NCBI GenBank assembly: GCA_002633005.1
Contig: NMRA01000135.1
Span: 652,183-716,182 of the forward strand
Length of the DNA: 64,000 nt
Direction: 5' to 3'
Source: Phoronis australis
Lineage: Eukaryota; Animalia; Phoronida
The notes beneath the pieces were generated by a model. The model saw only the letters and a program-made list of their open reading frames with translations. It ran no database searches and had not been told where the DNA came from. Shown piece after piece: positions 21,831 to 34,239 of this stretch; the stretch's first letter is position 1; the number at the start of each line of letters is the position of its first letter. The position numbers and the translations under genes were made by a program.

Positions 21831-24800
21831 GACTACGTATTTGTTTCTTTACACGACTTCAAGTTGTAGACCGTAGATTTCCCGACTTTCAGTCAACCTT
21901 ATTCTTGGTACGTGAAACACGCTGGGCCATCCGTAGACTAATTCGTACGCAAAGTTTTAATTTTATTGTTGCTAACAGTGTTTTGTTTCACAAGTAATTT
22001 TTTATATCTAGGATGATGAATGCAGTTTCCAGCATCTGCAGTAGCTAATTATAGAAGTTGTCGTAGCTAGCCGTTACAATAGGCTAAACTTGGCCGCGTC
22101 AAATAACAGATGTCACGAAATCTCCAGAAGTGCTAACACGGATGTGATTTCGCCATTGAAAATTTTACTCTTTTTAGAACATCAGAGTTATCCAAGATAT
22201 ATTACAGTCGATTTCATCATCAGCACTAGAACTATAAATAAAGATTTCGCAATACACATGTGAGATGAATACAGCCGGCTGGTATCCGTTACCCGCAAGC
22301 AATTTCTTTTATAATTCAGGTCAATTAAACACGCACACTTCACTGCCCCTAGTCGAGAACGGCCGCCACGGACCCTTTTGTCAGGCTTTCCGGACACAAT
22401 GTGACCCTCCACGAGGCTCCCAAGACACGACACAGCGGAGTCAGCTCTGGTCAAGCAGTATTCCCAAGTTGTACGGCGGGCCTATCGTAGGCTTATCGGA
22501 ATTAGGTGGACATGTCCGGCGCTTGACGAAAAATAATTTGATAGTTTTCGGTTACTGTTGTATTATGATTTCACTTTGAAGAAAATAAAGGAAACGCACG
22601 AGGAATGCATTAAAGCCCTAAACATGTCAAAATTGCTATTCATCACGTGGTGCACCAATTAATTAGATAAAGCCGTGGAGATCGAAAACTTCGAATTCGC
22701 ACAAATCAACAATGCGCGGCTGTGAATGTCTTTCCTTTGACAAAAGATATGTCTACCTGTGCAAGATCGAGATACCAGCCAATGCTTTAAGTGAACCCAG
22801 TATGCAAAACTGTGAATAGAAACAAGTATATTAAAACGCATTATTTAGAGTACAGGCGTATGAGCCTGTCAGTGCAGTAAATGCGTCCATAGTACGGTGC
22901 AAAGTGCGACAAGAACAATCACTGATACTTCGTTTATCATCAAACGTTGCTTTATCTATATTCTGAGAAATCAATTCATTTGAAACGTGTTTGCTTGCCG
23001 GTATGAGAGACAATTTACGCCCGTAAAAATAGAATTATAACTTGCTCGATATCATAGATCAATATTACCAGCCAGCAACGCTGGAGTGTTCACAAACGGA
23101 ACACTGTTTACATGAAACGGAAAATGGGTCACTCAGAAATTTGCACAACAATGAGGAAACTAGCTGTCCATTGCACCACATTCCATTGAAATTTCACCGC
23201 ATTTTAGTGAAGCTAGCCTATACACATATCTATTATATTGTTTTGACAATATGCCTTTACGTTACAGAGGGGAATTCCCGGCAAACAATGCAGAAGACGG
23301 AGTTTTCATCAATAATATAAAAATGACGAAAATTAGAATTTATGATTTATGTTTGCATCAATGGCAGTCAAGGTCGTTTCCGGGATTTTACGTCGTGAAT
23401 GTGTCTTGGTACCTCAGTGTAACGCGTTATTTCCGTGTTTACAGTCAGCCCTGAGATGAATTTGTTCTAGGAAAATTACAAAAAATGTGACCGTAGTACA
23501 ATACAATTAACTTTGAAACCAGAAATTACCCGAAGTAGCCTACCACTTACGGCTATCATGACAATCGTCAAAAAGTGACATGTATTGTTATCGTATTTCG
23601 AGAAGTTTTGATATCAGACAAAACTCAATTTTTTATTTTTGTTGGCATCAAAATCCATGGGATTGTGAAGGAAGAATTCTCGTTGCTTATCTGTGACTAG
23701 GCTGTGATCAAATTTGCTAACTGAGGATCAGGCAAACTAAACAAATAACCCCGGCAGATAAGGGTCAAACACTTTTTCACTCATGGACTCAAATGGGCCT
23801 TACGTGTTATATCGGACACACAGTAAAATTTATTTCTCATAAAATTACCGCAGCCGCAGTGATTAATTTTATGCTGCAGCTGCTTTTGTATGCTTGCATA
23901 GTTGCGCTGAGCTATTGCATGATCTACTGACTGATCCCATTGTTAGAAATGGAAATTCCACGAGGCGACACGTAGTTGAAAGTGACGACACCGGGTGTAA
24001 TAAAGATTGTAAAGTATGCCGATTCACGGGCCTACCACGGGCATCTGTGCGGAGCCAAGGAAATTTCATAAGCGTTGCAGCTGTTGGTGTTGACTGATCT
24101 ACAACATCACTGCAAAAATGTTTATTTTGTTCTAAAAACTAACGATATGTTAACAAGCATAAACTAAAAACAACAACATCAGAAAGTCAATCGTGTGATA
24201 TCAAAATAATGATAACAGTCGTTAAAACAAATGAAATCACGTTCGAATCACCGTACTGTCAAATTAAGCATTTTAAGACACACTATCCATTCAAATCTTA
24301 GTACTGAACACAAGATACTTCAAAAAATGAAAAATGTCCGATAGTGTGGGACTGAGATGACTGCATGTCCTGACTCGGCAATCAACCGTGTTTAGAGTTT
24401 TGATTGCCGAGATTATGACGAGGATTGTCTCCCAGTCACGATTCTGTATTGAATATCAAAGCACATTCAGCAAGGTAGTAAACGCGTCAATGATAAAAGC
24501 TGGAAACCGCAATGCCAGGCCGACTGGATTGACGTGAACTAGAGGGGTCAACAAGCACACAAAAAGATACACGAAAAACGCAATAGCCTCAGGAGTCCAG
24601 GATATGACACACATGAACACAGCCGGCAATGCAACGACAGGTTCTGCAGTGATATTGCTGTCAAACGGAACACTCTGTTGAGACGGCAGTCATATCGCGT
24701 CCACTTTGACTACCCAGTGAGTATCACGGTGATTGGACAATGAAAGCAGGCGGAAGCGATTATCCGCACCAGCACGATTCTAACAGCGAATTGTTGAACA

Positions 24801-24843
24801 CAGAGCGCTGGTAGTGGTAGTAGTGGTGTGTTTGGTTGCCAGA

Positions 24844-27412
24844 TCAGTCAATCACGTGATCAACAGCCAATTTGCCAACGCCGACAACGGTGCCAACTAC
24901 TAGTGCTACAGGAAACAGTACAACGATCCCCGCTGTGATGACGATTTTCCACCCTTTACCTACAAATACCGCGAATTCATTAGTAATGCGAGCACTTGAA
25001 ATTTTTGACAGTGCATTCCTCAGTGTTCGCAAACCCCCGTCATGACCGTGTCAAACACGTTATCACTAAACATATAAATCGATCCTTTGAAAATTGAAAG
25101 TGAAAGATGTAAAAGACCGTTTTTGTAAAGCATGTTCTAAAAGAGTAGTTGAAGATGAAATTAATTTTTTACTTGGATTTCCTGCCTACGCTTATTTGAT
25201 AACAAAATACGATATACGCCCAAGGCTTCTAGTAGATCAGTAAAGTTTTGCAAATGAATTAGGTCTGACCATAACCGTTGGAAATTAGCCTGTTATTTAT
25301 CTTTGCGAGAAGAGAAAGGATTCAACTTAAAATCGTGAAAATTGTCTCTGATACTGTTACAGCCTCTTAACGCATACGGGACATTCATGCTATTGTTATG
25401 CTAAACATCCCTATAATGATTCAGTAGTCTACGCGACTTGGTCCTTCACTAGTAGACACGTATTAGCCTACGACCTTGTCATGTTTACACCTGTGGCAAC
25501 AACTTTATTTAGTCACAACTTCTTTCTGAGATAAAGAAAAAACGTAACTAGTATTTTTAGTGAACCAGAAAGTCGTCCAAAGTGAGTTCACCTTCCATAA
25601 ACGCTAAGTTGCTATCAAAATAAGTGCTGCTACTTGTACAATGACCAGTCATGAGATACATGAAACACTTACCAAATCTGCATCTATTGTCAGGTGTTAT
25701 CTCGAAATGCCATGTGGACTTTTTAGTCTTTTCTGCCTTTTGACTGTCACTGAAGCAGTTGCCTCTATCCCAACATTCTTCTTGGTCGGAAGGTGGTATC
25801 GGTATGTTACCTGAGTTTGCGAGGCGCTCCGATTCTTCATACGTTGGCGGTGGCTGGTCAAAGTGACGGTTGAGGTCGAAACCCAATCTGCAACAACAAA
25901 AACGGGTGACCCATGAGTGTCATATGGCTAAGAAAGGCTGTCTAAAGTGAGGAGAGTCTATCAAATTTAAACTCGACATCCTTTCTCCTGAACAACACAA
26001 CAAACTGGGCTGCAGCCTGTAGAGCAAGTTTCTGGCGAATAAAACAAGACGAGACAGCTCTTCGCGAGGTGCATTACTATGAGCGAAGCGCATAATAAAA
26101 TTAGGGATTTCACTCGCGACTAAGTATCTTGCATTGCGGAACGGCCCCTGGAATAATTTATTATATAAATGAAATAAAAATCCAAGACCTCTTCGGTTTA
26201 TCTGTCAGAACTTCCATTTTTAAAGACAAGACATGATAACAGCGTAGACAAACACAAAATAAAACACTAGCAACATGGGCCCAAAATATTGGATTTGGTG
26301 GGATTTTCCTTTGGCAACTATCCAATACAATCACAATTTTATCTCAAACGTCTAGGGCAACTCAATGTGACACTCGTGCCCGACTCTATTGTTTGCAAAT
26401 GACATATGTCATGAAGTCAATGGGCATATCATGACCTGAATTAGGGTAAAACCATGCGTCGACGCTCTGCTATTTTTAAAGTTGCTTATCCATAGCATAC
26501 AGGTAACTAAATTAATTGATAAATGAACAAACACGCACACGCGCACGCACACGCGCACGCACACCCGCACGTAAATATGTTCCTATGGTGATCAAGTCAG
26601 TCGACGTCAATTTTTAGACAATTCTTCTACTGCTGGCCTCCTGGTTGCAGTTCCTATAATTAAATTTCTTTAGTGAATTTTCGTGAAATTTGGCCAAAAC
26701 GTTCCCATTGAGGAAACGATGGCACATGCATGTTCGAAAACGACAATTCGATATTAATGTAACATTCTGTTATGATATTTTGTTTTCTGTCTACTAGTGT
26801 ACCTGGGGATGACTTTGATTAGTATCGAAACGTTGTTTACATGCTGCTCTCTAGCGTCTTTTTTGTCCTCCACTTCTTTCATCTAATTTGTCAAAAAACT
26901 AATATTATTTGCAAGCATGAGTGACTCTAGCCTTTGCTGCCCCAACAGTGACAGTTTTAGCATTTTGGAAACCGCTCCTATGTTTAACCTGTGGTGAAGG
27001 ATGTGAGTAATCTTCTCACTTTTTAATCCAAATGACGTAACCTATTTCGGTTAATCAAGTAAGATTTTTCACTTTCCGTTGCTTTGAAATATCCTGAAGT
27101 AGAAAGTAACGAGTTACAAAACATAAATCAAAAGTACAATTTAGGCATAAAAGTTCGAAAAATAAGTGACCGCAATATTTTGACACGTAATCCTACCTTG
27201 CAGAAAATTATGATTTTCAAACAAAAGCAATTTCAACTAGCAGAGTGCAAGGTCAATTGAATGGGCAAATCATATTGAGATAAATAGATTATTCATTATA
27301 GATATCTCACAGACAACAGAAAATTGTACAAACTCTCTTTTTGTAGCAGCGTAGCTACAAATGCATTATAGTTAAATCTTCACCGATGACAATGTTCAAC
27401 AAAAGTCGCCAT
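24844..27412 (-). CDS. Uncharacterised small PPxY-motif protein with C-terminal membrane anchor, paralog A (about 119 aa; start exon uncertain)
   Basis: Exons 25887-25673 (QPPPTYEES, EECWD, KKSTWHFEI) and 24959-24844 (GKGWKIVITAGIVVLFPVALVVGTVVGVGKLAVDHVID*). Splice phases and 116-nt last coding exon match paralog B. Best phase-2 start exon is 27412-27384 (MATFVEHCHR, weak GTGAAG donor). AATAAA on - at about 24121-24126. Confidence 0.75.
26530..26572. repeat. (GCAC/ACGC)n microsatellite
   Basis: ACACGCACACGCGCACGCACACGCGCACGCACAC tract. Confidence 0.85.
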
Positions 27413-28271
27413 GTTGTCCAACGTGAATTGTGAGCACTTTAACCACTCAATAAGTTACACCTACGTTGCATTTTGGTGAAAAATTCTATGAACAGTGTCA
27501 AAAAGCATTACAAACAAGTTTTGGAAAAAAGCATTTTACTCAGGCTGATGAATAGTTTTGTTTAACATTCCACTGAGGATACTGAGGATAAAAATGGTAT
27601 ACATGAACCACTTTGGTGTAAGTCGAACATCATTATCAGCAACAAACATGTTTTCTAGACTGGTATAGAAAACGTTTTTCTTTTATATTTGACCTTGTTG
27701 ATACTGACGGTAAACTGATGTCATATCAAACATTATGTCCAACGTTCTGTTACTCTCCACCAATCACACACTTTCTTGGTTTGACTGAAAAAGCAATCCA
27801 AAATTTCTCAGTTGCTCACTAAACGACCATTTTGCTGTAAACCTTCTTCACTATCAAAAACAGTTAACTCACTCAGTTTCACAAAAATATGTAAATAAAG
27901 AGATCTATAGTCTCTTTGTTAAAAACCTAATCTAGAAAATAATTCAGAGTTAAATTTGAAATTTAATTTTACTAGTGACGGGTGGAAAAAGACATACCCA
28001 GGTTCTGTTAATTTTACAAATGAAGTTAAATTGAAATGGTTCCAGATTAGACTTATTCATTGAAATATTACCAATGTCTTCCTTTGAAAAATTGGCATCT
28101 TGTCTTCAAACTTAATGTACTTTTTGTAAAAAGGAGCCATGAGTTTTAATCCGTCTTTTTGGTCTATCAATGTCATACAGTCTTTTGGTGATTCCTTTCA
28201 ACATTGGATTTTAGATAAAACAGCAATAGCGTTGAATTTTGTTTCTGTGAACATATTTTATGATCGACATG

Positions 28272-28605
28272 TGTCCCGAATAATAGATAAATGATACGTG
28301 CGTCGCAGGCTCTTTACCGGAGATGAAAAGGAGGCAGAGGTAGGCGATATAAGGTCATTTATTATAACTAATACAATTACAATATAACGAATACAGGTAA
28401 ATAACAAAATAAATGGTAATCTCTGGTAAGATGGGCGATAAAAAAGCGCCGGCCACCTGGAAGTACGAGAGAATGATGAAAACTGGGAGGTAGAAAGTGG
28501 GAAAAATTAATAAGTTTTGGAACGCACGACAATGTGGCCGGAACAAAGGTGAACTGAAAGCGAGGTTACAGTAACAAAGAAAAAAAACTCTAAGGACACG
28601 TGACA
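28272..28605 (-). mobile_element. Possible solo LTR
   Basis: Ends TGTCCCG ... CGTGACA (6/7 inverted match), purine-rich interior and AATAAA on -; no clean TSD. Confidence 0.25.
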
Positions 28606-29905
28606 ATCATCAGCCTGTAAGAGCCAAAGCTGACCTTTCCTGTGATGTAGGCTTTTGTTTACAAAGTAAAAAAATAAGTTTTCGGTTCGTCCGCTTCATA
28701 TAGTAGCGAACTATTTATAAATGTAAACTTAACAGCTTTGAAATAGTGCACTAATCGGAATATTTCATTAAAACACATGTATTATTCATGTCAGTCTAAA
28801 AATTGTCTCTAAGGGTGTTAACTGTTTTGGGTACTGGCTCAAGGCAAATATGTCATCACCTGTGCCTGCGTAACTTCTCTGAACCACGGTCAGTTGTGAA
28901 CGCTCAATGGGTGAAGTGGTGTATGGATATGTCAGACAGCATTATTTTCTCTAAAAAATTAATGCTGATTCTCATTAATTGTTTCTTCTTGAACCATCTT
29001 AATTGTAATGAAATTACATGTTCACACAACCAAGATCTACACATAAACATATCTTCCAAAGTCCACAGCGCTGCAAAATGGCTTGTAGGAGCACTTGAGT
29101 GACATCCAATTTCAACATTACAAAAAATTGCCTCACGATTTATCCTCCCTGTCACCTGAACAATGCAGCGAACTCATTAGTATCAATTTTATTTGGCAGT
29201 CCTTATGTCCCACTTCCTAATATCATTATATGTTTTCTCTCATTGCGTGCATTCTACCTGTTTTTTATACTGGAAAATTACTGTTTTGGTATGCAAATTT
29301 TTAAATGCAAATTTTTAAAGGCCTACAGGTAAAAAGTAAGGGGTCAATAAGTGAAAAATTGGTGATTTTTGTATCACATACACAAAGTTTAAGCTGAATC
29401 TGAAAGAAGACCCCTAGAGTGATTTTTTATTTCTTTTTTATTTTCTCGTGGAATGGCTCTTAAAACGGTGGCACTGGTTCTTGCAGAGTGGCAAGCCAGT
29501 ACCGTACGCCATGCTCTGTTGACAGTATCACAGTATCAGACGCCCTTGTGATATTGTCACGTGTAGTTTAAAAGACACAAACATAATCTTACTCCCCAGG
29601 CTAACAAAAGGCACCATGATGTAAACGCGGTGCGGCCAAACTGACTGATCGAAAATCACTGTTTTATTCCAACATATTTATTTTCTGTATAAAATTGAAA
29701 TGACACATTAACAAGCAACACACAACAAAACAGTCGTGTGACAATAAAGTAATCTTAACAATGACCAGATATAAATACAATAACATTAGTCACCAAAGGT
29801 TTAAATTATGTTCAAAGTGGCGTTTTCGAGGTATCCTCTAAAATCCTGAGATGAATACCAGTTTTTTAATTTTGAACACAACTTCAAAATACCCACTCAC
29901 TGAAA

Positions 29906-30061
29906 CAGGGGCGGATTCGGGATTTTGAGTTGGGGGAGGGGGGCAGGGCAGAGTATTAGCCAGGATTTTGCCCGACTGACATTCGCACCCCCGAACTGCC
30001 AAATGGAATCTGGGAGAATTGGCGGGCCATGGCCCCCTTGGCCCTCCTAAATCCGCCACTG
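29906..30061. mobile_element. CAGTGGCGGAT MITE family copy (reverse orientation) in the putative 3'UTR of paralog B
   Basis: CAGGGGCGGATTC...AAATCCGCCACTG; interior is reverse-complementary to 13554-13715. Confidence 0.85.
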
Positions 30062-30907
30062 CGTCAAATATTTTAAATCAACAGATTCCCATGATGCCCG
30101 AGTGTTCGTTGCCCAAGTTCTGCATCGATCAGCAACATACACCAAAATTTAATGTTTACAGGTACAATTACTGCATCACTAAAATTAAATCGTGATTGCT
30201 GTCAATCGGACGTGCGTTCAGTAACGCTAGGACCTAGCTAAAATCTCATTTAAAATACACGGTAACCTCACGTAATCTCGCGAAGTCTTGTTTTCGCCGA
30301 GTTCCCAGCATTACTTACTGAACGGGAGGCGGATAAAAATGTTTAAATGCAAATCGTAGATTCCGATTGCCCGTTACAAGGCAATCAGACGATTTTAAAA
30401 TGCAGACTAGTGGGGTTGGGGTTGGGGTTGTTCTCCACTATATCTTTTAGAAGTGCTGATGGGGAATAAGCCGCCCACTTTTCCACAGGATCCCACTCCG
30501 AGGGCCACGGTCACCGTTTTGTCGGCAGGAAGTTCAACATTATGAAACTGTCACACCTTAGTGTTGCTTGACAACACTTTACAGTATTCGAGTCACAAAT
30601 TGCGCTGAAATATGAAACTGTTCTGTAGATTGACTCTTTCATAGATGTACAAGTACCATGAAGTGAACCATTTCGTTGTTATTAACAAACGCACTCTTTC
30701 AAGTAAACTGGTGGTGAAAAAGTCAATCAGCAGTCTTTCCACGAAGCGTCAGTATCAGTGTGAGGAGTCACAGTCAGTGAACACACAGTGAAGGTTCCTC
30801 GGCCGCAACAATTGGTCAACGCAGGGCGGTTGCAACAGGGGCTTGCTGAGCGTCAGAAAGCTCTCCGTAGACAATGGATGTGAATTCAAGTGGCAAAGAG
30901 TCAAAAC

Positions 30908-32094
30908 TCAGCCAATCACGTGACCAACAGCCAACTTGCCTACGATTAGGGCAGAGGCTATCAAAAGCAGTACAGGAAAAAACAGAACACCTCCAGCTGT
31001 GATGACAATTTTCCACCCTCTACCTACAAGAAAATGAAACAACTGCACAATGTAAGCAGGTAGCAATGATTATAGCACGGTTTCTGTGTATACTGATGCA
31101 CCTGCAGGCGTCAAAGCTGTGCCGATATTCGGAACACTTAGTAAAAAGGAAGTTTTTGAATTAGATACAATTGAAGATTGACTATCTGTTACCGTGAAAA
31201 ACAGCATGTCGTCATGCAATCCAACATCAGCCAGAAGACTGAAAGTATTCGACACACACATCAGTGTAACATTTACGGACACAAGCGATAGCAGCCTGCG
31301 CTTACAAATGAAGATCAGACGCGTGTACCCGTACGCGAACGGTTGAAAAAAATATTTTGAAAAAAAAATTGCAGATGACAGGCGCATAGACATAAACGCG
31401 CATGACGCGGTAATGACCAAGAAGTGTACGTGCACGAACGTACGCCAAATGAACGGCGTCGCATTGCAACCGGCATTTACAGAAAAAGCAATCGGCAAAG
31501 TCACCAGCACGAATAAAGCGTGACACTAGTATTTTTATTTTCTTAGTCAGCGACTGATAGAAAAAATAACTCATCATCGATGAAATGCATTGCAACTCCA
31601 CTCACCAATTCTGTATGATGCCTTGTCACCCGGCTTTATTTCGAAATGCCAAGTAGACTTTTTAGATTTAGTCTTTTGCCTGCATCTAAAAGCCCCTACA
31701 GAAATCTCACTGGGGTTCGGCGACGGGACTTGCATTGACCCATGCCCGGCGGGATGTCGGCGCCGTTCTCTGTGCAGCGGACGGAAGTCACCGTTGTCCC
31801 AGCACTCCTCTTCTTCAACTGGCGGTGCTGAAGGCGGTGGTGACGTGTACGCTGAAGATTGTCCAACACACCATTCATAGGGTGGTGGGTTGTCTCTGAA
31901 GTTTATCCTGCAACAATACAATGAAAGTGTATGGTGAGTGTGCGATAGCGCGATGGAGTAATGTCAGAAGTGCCATGATGTGTTTATCATCTCCAAAAGA
32001 AATTCAAAGTCCTTTTCACGATCATCGTACTTTAAATATACAACACTAGTTAATCCCACTACGCTTAATGCTTAGCTTACGTTTTCGAAGACAT
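30908..32094 (-). CDS. Uncharacterised small PPxY+PSAP protein with C-terminal membrane anchor, paralog B (143 aa)
   Basis: Exons 32094-32081 (ATGTCTTCGAAAAC|GTAAGC), 31907-31606 and 31023-30908; 432 nt, in frame. MSSKTINFRDNPPPYEW...SPPPSAPP...EECWD...KKSTWHFEI...GRGWKIVITAGGVLFFPVLLLIASALIVGKLAVGHVIG*. Confidence 0.8.
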
Positions 32095-34141
32095 TACTAC
32101 ACTGAGCGTTGACTGAGCTACACAATACTCTTCCACTGAGAAAGGCTAAAATATAAAGGTTTTGGGGGGTTTTCCCGGCCTTGGCACTGAGCCAGGCATC
32201 TTTCACCATTATGTGGCAATCGGTAAATACCTCAGTGGTTATAGAGATTGCTTGCATTCAAATAGGCCTGACCTAGTTGGCTGGTAAAACCGTGACTCAT
32301 AATTTTTACGCCGAAGTTGTCTCTCCATGTCAAAGATGTTATATTTACTTAGCCAGCCAACTAGCTGTATGTAAAAATATAGCTTTTGATTTTCATATTC
32401 AAAATCAAGACTTTTTAGAAATCTGTAATTACAGCGTTTTGAAGGTCTCATCTTGAAAATTTGTACCAAGTAAAGCTTGAACCTGTCATTGATACCGCTG
32501 CATTGTTACCAATATATTTCTTTTATTTTCTGAATTTTACTAAAAGGACATTGTCACCTGACCCAATTAATGCGCATATTGCTAAAATGTAAAAAACGAA
32601 ATACTACTAACCGACTTTCTGCTTTAAGGAAATACATACTTTTACTGGGTTAATATCATTCTATAAATAAGCGTTGTAGTAATTTGATTTAATACGCGTA
32701 CTTGTCAATAAACAGTCACACATACCGACATTAGTGAGCAACCTTGTTTTATGATTGATTACTCTATTTTAGTTCTTGCTTTAATTTACATTGATTGTGA
32801 GAAAAACGAATGGTACTTCATGTCGTCGCAGACTAATATCATGTCATAAGACAGAAAATGAGAAAGCTTTTATTTCTTACAATAAATAATATCAGCGAAT
32901 GTATTTTTCTTATTCAAAGATGGACTATTCTGGAAACACCGGAGACAAGTGGTAGATTTGCAAGCGATCAGCGCTCGGACATCGAGTCTTATTAGAACCC
33001 ATGTATTGAGCTTCTAGCCATGCGACAGGAATGATTTCTCTCCACGACGGGGATCCTGATGAAGGCCACTCATGAGGCCAAGCCAACTCAATTACGTCAA
33101 GTGGCGTCCTACGTGTATAGGAGAAAAATAACATAGGCCCACCCGGGGGAGGAGCCCCCAATTTGGCGAATTGGGCAAAAAGGTCCGCTTCAGTAAAACA
33201 AAAAGTCCGAGTAAACGAGACAAGATCCATAGGAAGTCTGTGCGGATGCACGGTTCGTGGGCCTGGACCTAGAGGCCCCGTTTTTTTTTATTCCTCGTTG
33301 ATTTCTTGATTTCTCCCACTAAAAGGTCTGCATATCGAAAAATTCGAGCCCCCCTATATTTTAGGCTTGGTGCGCGCATGAATAAACTATACTGTTGTGT
33401 AAATAATGAAAACATTGGCTCGCCTTTGATTGGAAGGATATATTTTAACCCAAGTGGTTAAACTACCAACTTTGAATGGTATCGTTCTGTCTGGAATTTT
33501 TTGGAGTACGTTTGGAGGCTTAACTTTTTGTACTTCAGCAGAATACGTCCGAAGTGGCGAACATGTTTTCTCGCCCCAGGACCTGGCCTTAACAGTTACA
33601 CACCCGAATGGCCTCTTGCCAAAACATCAATCGACACTAATGATCGGGAGACCTGGAAATTTTACGTCAGAAAATTTCCTTGACTCATTTTATTATTAGG
33701 AAATAACAAAACTGTAATCTACATCGATATCGAAAGAGAAATACATAGACCCACATGATCGATCAGCTGCTAGACGTTGGACAGCCATTTCAGACACGAA
33801 AGGTGTGATAAGACATCGACAGCGTTGGCAAATTATGTAATAAATCTGTTCAGCCAGATTTACTCAGTATGCACGGGGAAATGGCTAATCATTGCTAGGT
33901 TACAGCTGGGCGTGAGATTTTTCAGTAACTTATGCATGGAGAGGCTAAGAATGACGTGGCATTTAATCGAATTTTGAGTTTGATCTCAACGTAAATTTTC
34001 CAATTCTCTGAACCATTTTGTTCAGCCATGGCTTTTCGTAAGCCGTAATCAGTGTTTGCAAAAATTAAAAGTACTCCTACTGGTCGGTGCTTAACATTCA
34101 CACAATTTCTCAATTCCGGACAATTATGGCAGTCAAAGGTG

Positions 34142-34239
34142 CGGTGGCCCAAAGATGACATCGCGAGATAATTAAGTCGGGATCTCGAAACCCTGAGATA
34201 ATTAAAAAAGAAACCCGCGATGTCATCTTTGGGCCACCG
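34142..34239. mobile_element. MITE with perfect 24-bp TIR
   Basis: CGGTGGCCCAAAGATGACATCGCG (34142-34165) and its exact reverse complement (34216-34239). Confidence 0.9.

Noticed and set aside
24960-25086. Apparent frameshift in paralog A if spliced at the AG at 25085-25086 or read from ORF 24844-25032
   Set aside because: Paralog B shows that the true acceptor lies directly before G(K/R)GWK (24959), which is in frame; the upstream part of the ORF is intron.
30750-30910. Stop-codon readthrough of the paralogs (frame stays open about 50 codons after TGA in B and about 27 in A)
   Set aside because: The extensions show no similarity between paralogs and lack a readthrough-favouring TGA-CTA context.
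31070-31510. 146-aa minus ORF, and a plus frame broken only by TGA codons (selenoprotein or readthrough idea)
   Set aside because: Lies inside intron 2 of paralog B, has no recognisable motif or counterpart in paralog A, and no SECIS is visible.
33054-33090. Hammerhead-like CTGATGA-A-GGCC...GGCC
   Set aside because: The required GAAA and stem III are absent; the similar candidate at about 58701 has a broken stem II.
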